Source: a virus (Duplodnaviria > Caudoviricetes). From it: a stretch of DNA of 45,811 nucleotides. The stretch covers positions 1-45,811 of IMG/VR virus record IMGVR_UViG_3300048881_000514, one strand, 5' to 3'. Made by a program: the position numbers and the translations under genes. This document shows, piece by piece, positions 9,129 to 16,333 of the stretch. The notes beneath the pieces were generated by a model. That model ran no database searches, was not told where the DNA came from, and saw only the letters and a list, made by a program, of their open reading frames with translations. How positions within the stretch are numbered: position 1 is the first letter of the stretch; every line of letters begins with the position of its first letter.

Positions 9129-9494
9129 ATGAGTAAAAAAACAAAAAAAACAAAAACAAAAACGATTAAGCGTCAAGCGTCACTTATCTTTAATATCATG
9201 GATAGAATTTATCTCAAACATCAAGACACGAAGCCCATGTGCGAGGATTTTTATAATAACTTTAAAATGGTGTGTGGGCTTGAGTCATATCTCTATAAGA
9301 TAAGGGATTATGGGGAAACAAAAAATGATCGTCAGTTACCTCAAAAGCCAGCCAAGAGAATGAAAGAATATAAAAGCTCACCCCGAATGTTTAGGATCAC
9401 ACCAAAAATTATGTATCTGGTTGCGGATTTGTTTATGAAAGACGCTTATGAGACTCTCGCAAAAGACAACCTACACAGGAAGAAAACTAAGTGA
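9129..9494 (+). CDS. hypothetical basic protein
   Basis: 121 aa with GGAGG SD. Confidence 0.7.
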   Translation: MSKKTKKTKTKTIKRQASLIFNIMDRIYLKHQDTKPMCEDFYNNFKMVCGLESYLYKIRDYGETKNDRQLPQKPAKRMKEYKSSPRMFRITPKIMYLVADLFMKDAYETLAKDNLHRKKTK

Positions 9495-9548
9495 AGCTCA
9501 CTGACCTTCCTACCAACCATAACAAACAACTCGAAAGGAGTTTAGCCA

Positions 9549-9899
9549 ATGAAAAAAGTTAAGATCAAACGAACTAAAGCTGAAAATATTGAGATTATAC
9601 TTTCTCTTTTAAAAGATTTTTCTCCAGATTTGGAGGGTCGAAATGCAGAAGCCTATCTCAATTCTGTTGAAGAAGTTAAAGAGTCTTTGGAGTCTGCAAA
9701 CACTTTATCTCTTTACGTCCCAAATAGAGAATACATGGACTCTCAAAAGAAATTGAGGCTGAAAAAAGTTAAGATTGAGAAAGCCACAATCAAGCAACTT
9801 TATAGTTTCGCTGTTCGTACCTCACGAGAAATTAGAAACCTGCATTTTACGGAAATCACAAAGCAACAAGCTATAATGCTTGATGTGGCAGGAAAATAG
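9549..9899 (+). CDS. hypothetical protein
   Basis: 116 aa; SD hairpin at 9528-9542; ends AGK* inside repeat copy 6. Confidence 0.7.
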   Translation: MKKVKIKRTKAENIEIILSLLKDFSPDLEGRNAEAYLNSVEEVKESLESANTLSLYVPNREYMDSQKKLRLKKVKIEKATIKQLYSFAVRTSREIRNLHFTEITKQQAIMLDVAGK

Positions 9900-9930
9900 G
9901 GGGTGAAACAAGATTCCTATATAAGAATGT
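9890..9930 (+). promoter_or_regulatory. ~40-bp dispersed repeat, copy 6
   Basis: AGGAAAATAGGGGGTGAAACAAGATTCCTATATAAGAATGT. Confidence 0.8.
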
Positions 9931-9973
9931 AGGGTGTATTTTTTAACACAAGAACTCGAAGGGAGTTTAACTT

Positions 9974-10576
9974 ATGAAAGAATATTTACAAATGATGGCG
10001 ATGAGTCAAGCCCCTCATATCCCACAGTCTATGATCTCGAAAGAGCAGTACATTCTTGACAATGGTCGAGCCATGTCTTCAGAACCATTGGACGAAGAGC
10101 AGAGAAGCATTATAGATACCTTCACTAATCAGTTTGAACCACAGGTAAAAGAATGCTTCTTTAACGCTATGTTTATGTGCATGGTGGCTCAGTGGAGGGA
10201 TGATCTACACCCTCGCATTAAGTATTGTGAAGGATTTGCACAGAGTATTTCTCTCTTTCCTGTCCACCACGCTTGGATAACACTAGATGGTAAAGTGGTT
10301 GATTTAACTCTAACAACCAATAAGTACACATTGGAACAACTGACCGCATTTATGCATGAAGGTGTTGAGCTTCCAAGAAACGAAGATTTGAGTGATCGAA
10401 TCTTAGGTGAGATCCCTGAAGATTGGCAATACTTTGGGGTGGAGTTTGAATCCAAGAAAGTAGCTCGTCAATTTATGGAACGTGAGTCTTCTTTCTCAAT
10501 GATTGATGATTGGGAAAGACAGTGGCCTCTTCTTCAAAAAAATGATCAGACCCAAGATCAAATCTTATATAAGTAG
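9974..10576 (+). CDS. papain/transglutaminase-fold Cys-His-Asp protein (putative)
   Basis: ECFFNA...YCEGFA...HHAWIT.DGKVVDLT, a C...HxW...D pattern. Confidence 0.6.
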   Translation: MKEYLQMMAMSQAPHIPQSMISKEQYILDNGRAMSSEPLDEEQRSIIDTFTNQFEPQVKECFFNAMFMCMVAQWRDDLHPRIKYCEGFAQSISLFPVHHAWITLDGKVVDLTLTTNKYTLEQLTAFMHEGVELPRNEDLSDRILGEIPEDWQYFGVEFESKKVARQFMERESSFSMIDDWERQWPLLQKNDQTQDQILYK

Positions 10577-10614
10577 TAAGTATTGCCCTTCACAACCAAA
10601 CAAGGAGATTTAAA

Positions 10615-10881
10615 ATGAAGGTACGTTTATATCAACACAATAAACCGATGGAGAGCCGAGAGGTAACGACATTTGAAGAGATCCAAGAACTCGTTGGTGG
10701 GTGGATCGAACTTCTCAAGTTCAACCACCTTAACAACGAGTCTTTCTTAGGCGATGAGGAAGGTCTTGTCAAGAGTCTGCCCCGTAACCAACATTTCCCA
10801 CAATATGTAGGAAACATCGTTGTTTGCGAAGATGACACATGGCATAACCTCCCCTACTCTAAAAGTGAAGGGAAGGTGTGA
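10615..10881 (+). CDS. DUF3846-like small phage protein
   Basis: FEEIQELVGGWIE...DEEG...LPRN...VGNIVV pattern. Confidence 0.7.
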   Translation: MKVRLYQHNKPMESREVTTFEEIQELVGGWIELLKFNHLNNESFLGDEEGLVKSLPRNQHFPQYVGNIVVCEDDTWHNLPYSKSEGKV

Positions 10882-10882
10882 G

Positions 10883-10957
10883 ATGGACGCTATCTTTGTC
10901 GCACTTCTGTGCTTTGTTTTCATGACAGCAATCTTCTACTTTAAGGACAAGTCATGA
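10883..10957 (+). CDS. 24-aa single-TM peptide (not in ORF track)
   Basis: MDAIFVALLCFVFMTAIFYFKDKS; fills the gap and has an ATGA overlap with 10954. Confidence 0.5.
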   Translation: MDAIFVALLCFVFMTAIFYFKDKS

Positions 10958-11361
10958 GTGTGGAGAAAGCCGTTTGGTTAAGCAGTCAATCTGAGCAAGT
11001 ATTAAACGAGATCCGAGATGGTTTAACTGAAGGTCAAAAGGATTTCCTAGAAAGAAACTTCCATGATGATCAAATGATTGGTCGAGGGGGTTCAAAGTAC
11101 AAGAAGTACATTCTTTCTCAGGCTGTTGAAATCGGACTCCTATCTCTTAAGAGGGATTATTCAATCGAGCGAGATTTAACAGTTGATGAGCAAGTTCCAT
11201 CAGTTGAGCCAATCCACCCCAATGAGAAACCCCTACCTATGGGTGAGATTATTAAAGATTATCTTTCGGGCATGGGCTTTGTGGAGCTAGGGGCTAAGTA
11301 TAAGATCGCTCATTCGACAGCATATAGACGCATTAGGAAAGCAGGAATCCAACGGAGATAA
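10954..11361 (+). CDS. protein with C-terminal HTH
   Basis: LPMGEIIKDYLSGMGFVELGAKYKIAHSTAYRRIRKAG. Confidence 0.7.
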   Translation: MSVEKAVWLSSQSEQVLNEIRDGLTEGQKDFLERNFHDDQMIGRGGSKYKKYILSQAVEIGLLSLKRDYSIERDLTVDEQVPSVEPIHPNEKPLPMGEIIKDYLSGMGFVELGAKYKIAHSTAYRRIRKAGIQRR

Positions 11362-11430
11362 ACTCTAACCAATGATCGAGAGGATCAAATTATTAATTTT
11401 AAAACAGAGATTGAAGATAAGATTATAGAG

Positions 11431-11778
11431 GTGAAGAAAGTCATCTTAGAGAAGTACCCCAACCATTGTCGTTCATGTAATGGTAGAGGTGGGGTTGTGG
11501 TTCCTTGGTACAGTGGGTGTACGAAGTTCAGGGTGTGTAGTGAGTGTGTAGGTAAAGGAAGTGATCCTTTAGACCCTAGTCTGAAGTTAATCCCTCCAAA
11601 GGAATCCCTAGAAGACGAACCCGAAAGTTGGGTGTCACCGACTCTGAATAGAGAACTTAACTCAAGTTGGGGTGATAGTTGGGCTGATACTCCAATGGGT
11701 CAAGTTGTGGGTCTTCAAGATATGATTAAGAATCTCAATTCTCTCCGAAAAGACTTTGATATTTTAATAGGAAAATAG
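11431..11778 (+). CDS. zinc-finger (CxxCxGxG x2) protein
   Basis: CRSCNGRG...CSECVGKG; ends IGK* inside repeat copy 7; start uncertain. Confidence 0.6.
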   Translation: MKKVILEKYPNHCRSCNGRGGVVVPWYSGCTKFRVCSECVGKGSDPLDPSLKLIPPKESLEDEPESWVSPTLNRELNSSWGDSWADTPMGQVVGLQDMIKNLNSLRKDFDILIGK

Positions 11779-11809
11779 GGAACGTAACAGGATTCCTATA
11801 TAAGAATGT
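11769..11809 (+). promoter_or_regulatory. ~40-bp dispersed repeat, copy 7
   Basis: AGGAAAATAGGGAACGTAACAGGATTCCTATATAAGAATGT. Confidence 0.8.
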
Positions 11810-11858
11810 AGGGGTTGTATTTTTAACAAAACAAACAGATCGAAAGGATTCTACTACG

Positions 11859-12389
11859 ATGAAAATTACATATATTGGTGGACAAGGTATTAGAGATTCT
11901 GAAATGGAACGTAATACGAGAGGGACAATGGAACTTACTGTTGAACTTGTACCCCAATCATCGTGGGGGAATAACTTACGAACTGAAGCCAACATACCCA
12001 AGTCTGAATGGGATAAGTTGAGGAAGTCATCATACAAGAAAGCTAACTACAAATGTGAGATCTGTAGTGGCAAAGGAAAGAAGTGGCCTGTGGAGTGCCA
12101 TGAGATTTGGGAGTATGATGACAAGACTCACACTCAAACTCTGAAGGGCTTGATCTCTCTCTGCCCTACTTGCCACAAGGCAAAGCATTTAGGACGTACT
12201 CTCTCTGTTGAACCTCAACACATTAAGGATGAAGTCTTACTCAAGATGGTTGAGTTGAATAACATGACCCCTAATGAGCTTGAGGATTACATTGTAGAGG
12301 TTTTTGAGACTTGGCAGAGGCGATCTCAACACAAGTGGACTCTCGACCTCTCATGGCTTGATAAGGCTAGGGGAGGGGCAGATGATTGA
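11859..12389 (+). CDS. HNH endonuclease-like protein
   Basis: W..LRK...KCEIC...VECHEIW...LISLCPTCHKAKH. Confidence 0.85.
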   Translation: MKITYIGGQGIRDSEMERNTRGTMELTVELVPQSSWGNNLRTEANIPKSEWDKLRKSSYKKANYKCEICSGKGKKWPVECHEIWEYDDKTHTQTLKGLISLCPTCHKAKHLGRTLSVEPQHIKDEVLLKMVELNNMTPNELEDYIVEVFETWQRRSQHKWTLDLSWLDKARGGADD

Positions 12390-12798
12390 CTATTTATCGG
12401 AGTTTAATTTTGGAGGGGTACACACCACTCGATATCTAATAACGCTTCCCGAATACTTAAGTTCTGACGATCTGTATAAGATTGTAAAAGACGTAGAAAA
12501 TTGGATTGAAGAAGCCCCTAGAAAGAGTAGAAAGCGTTGTGTTTTTTTTGAGGGGGTTTATCTTGAGCTACTCCCTATGTATAATCATACACCACAGGCT
12601 AAGTTCGGACTGAATCTTTACCATAAAGTGATCAAGAGAAGAAGTTATGTTAAAATACCCGACATAGTTGATGAGTTGAAGGGTCGGGTAGAAAGTAGAA
12701 AGCCGATTGTGCTGTTTAAACACAGTGAAGCATTTATAGACTCATTTTTAAGATATTGCGAAGGGCAACAACATGGAGAACATGACAGGCATACTTGA
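12382..12798 (+). CDS. hypothetical protein
   Basis: Start moved to ATG 12382 after a GGAGG SD, overlapping the end of the HNH gene. Confidence 0.6.
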   Translation: MIDYLSEFNFGGVHTTRYLITLPEYLSSDDLYKIVKDVENWIEEAPRKSRKRCVFFEGVYLELLPMYNHTPQAKFGLNLYHKVIKRRSYVKIPDIVDELKGRVESRKPIVLFKHSEAFIDSFLRYCEGQQHGEHDRHT

Positions 12799-12837
12799 AG
12801 AACTTGTTGAAATAGACTGTATCTAAGGAGATGAAAG

Positions 12838-13218
12838 ATGATATTTTCTTATAATGAACTAGGAGATAGAAGAAAAGAGTTAAGCAATAAAGGTTTTGAT
12901 TACTTAACCAACACTAAGAATATCCCTGATGGGGTACTCCTGTATCACAAGTGTCTAGGTCATTGGAATGATGACCCAAAGATCCTAGAACACGCTTGTG
13001 TCTTCTTAACTTCAATCCCGACAACTACTACAGTATATGGAAGTACGGTATATTACTTCAGAGCTTACAAGACTAAGAATGTACCTCAATTTTTAGAGAA
13101 AAATGGACATAACATTTATAATAACAAAGACTTTACTTGGGGTATGTCTTGGCGAAAGGCTCTCAACTACGAGATTGATAAAAACAGGATCAGTAATGAT
13201 CCATCTTTAAAGATTTGA
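12838..13218 (+). CDS. hypothetical protein
   Basis: 126 aa with TAAGGAG SD. Confidence 0.7.
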   Translation: MIFSYNELGDRRKELSNKGFDYLTNTKNIPDGVLLYHKCLGHWNDDPKILEHACVFLTSIPTTTTVYGSTVYYFRAYKTKNVPQFLEKNGHNIYNNKDFTWGMSWRKALNYEIDKNRISNDPSLKI

Positions 13219-13274
13219 GTTTGCGAGATGACGCAACATATAATAAGATTTTAATGTAAGAAAGGGTCACCGTT

Positions 13275-13430
13275 ATGTATGGAGAAATCATTGTTGAAAA
13301 GAGAAGAAGACAAGAGCGATTGAGAGAAGAAGATAGAAGACTATATCTAGAGATACCCCCGCCCCCTCCCCCCCCTCTTAAGAAGGAGCAGGTGAGAGAG
13401 CCAAAAAGGGTGATCGAAATTGAGCTATAG
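13275..13430 (+). CDS. 51-aa Arg-rich/polyproline protein (not in ORF track)
   Basis: MYGEIIVEKRRRQERLREEDRRLYLEIPPPPPPPLKKEQVREPKRVIEIEL; AAAGGG upstream; fills the intergenic gap. Confidence 0.65.
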   Translation: MYGEIIVEKRRRQERLREEDRRLYLEIPPPPPPPLKKEQVREPKRVIEIEL

Positions 13431-13483
13431 TCGGTAGTATAGTTATATAGTCTCTTTTAAAAACTTTACAAGTAGAGGCTGAA

Positions 13484-13699
13484 ATGAGTGATGAAGAGAG
13501 TGATGAAGAGAGCGAATACTTCATAATAATCAATAAAGATGGTGATGTGGTACTTATATCTACAAATGAAAACGGACTGACACAAAAGCAGTTCAAGATG
13601 TTAGAGAAGGTGGTTGCCATTTCAGATCCTTCCTTCATTCTCTTAATAATTCTTTACATTGAAGTGTTTTTCAACCGACTAATAGATAAAATAAAATAA
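13484..13699 (+). CDS. small protein with C-terminal hydrophobic helix
   Basis: 71 aa with GAGG SD; FILLIILYIEVFF. Confidence 0.55.
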   Translation: MSDEESDEESEYFIIINKDGDVVLISTNENGLTQKQFKMLEKVVAISDPSFILLIILYIEVFFNRLIDKIK

Positions 13700-13717
13700 A
13701 TAACTTTGGAGGGGAAA

Positions 13718-14311
13718 ATGAAATTACTGATCTTAATACGGGGTTTAAGTGGGTCAGGTAAGACTGAACACGCAGATTTAATTGTGGGGGAACACGAAGA
13801 TCGAGCAGAGATCACCGTTGATCGTTTTTTTGAAGATGATGAAGGGCATTACAGCTTTGAGTTTACTCGGATCAAAGAAGCATATGAGTGGTGTAAGAGC
13901 GAGACAAAGCAACTCTTAGAAGATGACTATGAGGTTGTGGTTGTTCACAATTCATTTACAAGGAAGTGGGAAGCAGAGCCTTACTTCAACCTAGCTAAAG
14001 AGCATGGGTATGAAGTTCAAGTCATTAGCCTTTATGATGGAGGTATGAATGATAAGGATCTTTCTGAAAGATCCTTACATGGATTAAGCTCTCATCAGAT
14101 TTCAGAGCAGAGAAAGAGATGGGACTTAAATGTACATCCTCACAGGGGAAACAGACCTCGTAATAATGATACGAGATATCCTCACCCTTACCACCCTCAC
14201 CCTTACCACCCTCACCCTATGTATGGAGGATACCCCCCTCCTCAGAATCATGGGACACCTTACAATAACAGAAGGAAAAGAAAGTGGTCAGGGTCGGACA
14301 GAGAATACTGA
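13718..14311 (+). CDS. P-loop kinase (AAA_33 / polynucleotide-kinase-like) with low-complexity tail
   Basis: LIRGLSGSGKT Walker A; VVVHNSFTRKWE..PY; HG motif; GGAGG SD before ATG 13718. Confidence 0.85.
   Translation: MKLLILIRGLSGSGKTEHADLIVGEHEDRAEITVDRFFEDDEGHYSFEFTRIKEAYEWCKSETKQLLEDDYEVVVVHNSFTRKWEAEPYFNLAKEHGYEVQVISLYDGGMNDKDLSERSLHGLSSHQISEQRKRWDLNVHPHRGNRPRNNDTRYPHPYHPHPYHPHPMYGGYPPPQNHGTPYNNRRKRKWSGSDREY
14180..14218 (+). repeat. 15-bp coding tandem repeat (CCTCACCCTTACCAC, about 2.6 copies)
   Basis: Encodes PHPYH repeats. Confidence 0.9.
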
Positions 14312-14691
14312 CCACAAGTTTACAAATAGCTGTTGTTCTTCAGATCGAGAGCAGTTGCTATTTGACTTTGTGCGAAGGTAAAAAAACGAAAATCAAGTTC
14401 ACAGATGTTTTTAATATTCTTGAAGGTCCTGTTAATCCTGAGACAGAAGATGTGCCTTACACGACAATAAGAGTCGGTGTGGAAGATAGAACACCAAGGG
14501 GTGTTACTCTCTCTATTGGCACAGAGGTACAATGGGAAGTTGAACTTAATGGGGCGACTTTAGAGGTGAACGGGATCGTTCTTAAAAGCGACCCTTATAC
14601 GTCAACTTTAAGTGAATGGGGGGTAGGGGTGTCTGAACGCTATTGGGTCGTTCCTACGAGCATTCTACGTCCTGTGTTTATAAAGAACTGA
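14284..14691 (+). CDS. hypothetical protein
   Basis: 135 aa with GTG start; converges on 14665..15591. Confidence 0.55.
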   Translation: MVRVGQRILTTSLQIAVVLQIESSCYLTLCEGKKTKIKFTDVFNILEGPVNPETEDVPYTTIRVGVEDRTPRGVTLSIGTEVQWEVELNGATLEVNGIVLKSDPYTSTLSEWGVGVSERYWVVPTSILRPVFIKN

Positions 14692-15591
14692 TAGGAGATA
14701 GTCATTAAATTTAATGGCTATCTCCTTAAACTCATTTTCAGAGTAATTTTTTTCAGAGGGGCTGACAGCTTCTGTTTTGTCGCCTTTTGAATCTCTGCCT
14801 AAAACTTCTTTTAAGAAAGATATACAAGAAAAATCAGAGAGAGTATTAGCAACACTCACCTTAATGTTTTTCCATTTCTCATTGTACGAAATAACACCTA
14901 TCCCCTTTATCCCATCAGGGTTTGAGCAGAGGTGATTACATTCTTCCCCTTTAGTTTTTCTCACGATTAAAGAAAGGTGGGTCATAGAAACAAAAGTGTC
15001 GAGGTTCAATTCTAACTCTTCTTGTACGGCCAGAACACCACGGTTAAAGTTCTCGCCGCGGTCTGTGGTTCGCAAAGCAACTGAAATGTAGTCGCTGACT
15101 GTTTCTACATAATCCGTTAGTTCAGAGTTCCGATCTTGAGGGTAATCTTCTTTCGTTTCTGAGATGTACTTGATGATCCCTCTGAGACATAAGTAATAAG
15201 GGTGTTCTTCTTCGAGCAACTGTGTACCACAAACATCACTTTCCTCAACCAAATCCCAAAAAGAATCGTGTTCAGAAAATAAATCTGAATGTTTCCCTGA
15301 AGCTCTCATCAGACCACCAACCGTAGAAACATCTACCGTTGAGATAATGGCAACCTCTTCTTCAGAAAGGACTGGTATGTTTTCATCATTGCAAGGGGCA
15401 GGTCTTCCATTAGCCCAATCAAGATTCCTCCCAACATACTCTGATCCAACAGGTTGGTTATGAGCTGAAGTGTATTTAGCCCCCACAAGGACAAAAGCTC
15501 CATATTCGGCTTTAATGGAAAGAGTGGGTGGGGGGGTTAAACTTAAAGTCTCTGAAGCTAACTGTGCTGTAGGTGAAAGAATTACGATCAT
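14665..15591 (-). CDS. hypothetical protein
   Basis: 308-aa ORF with AAGGA SD; AEYG...AH...PAPC motifs; function unknown. Confidence 0.75.
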   Translation of the reverse strand: MIVILSPTAQLASETLSLTPPPTLSIKAEYGAFVLVGAKYTSAHNQPVGSEYVGRNLDWANGRPAPCNDENIPVLSEEEVAIISTVDVSTVGGLMRASGKHSDLFSEHDSFWDLVEESDVCGTQLLEEEHPYYLCLRGIIKYISETKEDYPQDRNSELTDYVETVSDYISVALRTTDRGENFNRGVLAVQEELELNLDTFVSMTHLSLIVRKTKGEECNHLCSNPDGIKGIGVISYNEKWKNIKVSVANTLSDFSCISFLKEVLGRDSKGDKTEAVSPSEKNYSENEFKEIAIKFNDYLLSVLYKHRT

Positions 15592-15661
15592 TTTTTTGTA
15601 TTTCCTTTATGTCTTGTATTGGGTGTAGTCTTTTTACCTTACCGATCATGAGAGGTTAATT

Positions 15662-16315
15662 ATGAATAGAGGTCAACTGATAAGAGTCGCACATCAAAAT
15701 CCAAAGTATAGGAAGAAACTTATTTCGGTTCTTCAAGCACATGATAAAGTTTCTAGGATGGTGAAAGAAGCAGGTAGAGGACTACCTTTATCTAAAATTC
15801 AAAAGTATGCTGAAACAGGTGTTCTTATTATCTCAGCTTACAGAGGAAAGTATTCTTTAGCTGAGAACAAAAAAAGAAATGAATCACTTAGACAAGATAT
15901 TCTTTCTATGGGTGTTCGTCCAAATCAAATTGTAAAACTTGATTCTTCTTGGACAGAGTTTGATTCGGGAAAGATCGAACTAGAGAAAAGCTTTGCGGTT
16001 CTTAGACCTCTACCTTTTAAGATTTGCATGGGCATTTCAAATAGGTATGACCAAGACGCATTTATTTGGTCTAGTGAAATTAACCCTTTGGCTATGTATT
16101 CAACGACAGGGAAAGCTACTTTCGCAGTTGATAGAAGTTTGGCTCTTGTTATCGTTAAAGCTGAACATAATGAAGAGTTTAGTAAAGGAAGAGGCGGTGC
16201 TTCTTTCACTCTAGGGTTTAATTGGAACAAACCTGTTGATTGGGATCGTAGGAATCCGATCACTAACGAAGATATCTTAGCTAGATTAGATCTTGCTGAA
16301 GTACCTCAAGACTAA
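15662..16315 (+). CDS. DUF3293-like protein with N-terminal extension
   Basis: IISAYRG...EN..RN..L..DI...EKSFAV...YDQDAFIW. Confidence 0.6.
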   Translation: MNRGQLIRVAHQNPKYRKKLISVLQAHDKVSRMVKEAGRGLPLSKIQKYAETGVLIISAYRGKYSLAENKKRNESLRQDILSMGVRPNQIVKLDSSWTEFDSGKIELEKSFAVLRPLPFKICMGISNRYDQDAFIWSSEINPLAMYSTTGKATFAVDRSLALVIVKAEHNEEFSKGRGGASFTLGFNWNKPVDWDRRNPITNEDILARLDLAEVPQD

Positions 16316-16333
16316 CAAACACAAGGATATAAA

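Noticed and set aside
221-11809. 40-bp repeats as a CRISPR array (with the Cas4-like nuclease at 23953)
   Set aside because: The copies are 0.6-3.1 kb apart and separated by whole genes, not 30-40-bp spacers. There is no cas operon, and the nuclease sits in a recombination operon.
221-11809. Classical integron attC array
   Set aside because: No RYYYAAC...GTTRRRY ends or long imperfect palindrome, and no tyrosine integrase in the window.
13355-13376. C-rich tract as a G-quadruplex or regulatory element
   Set aside because: It is explained by the polyproline codons of the 13275..13430 ORF.
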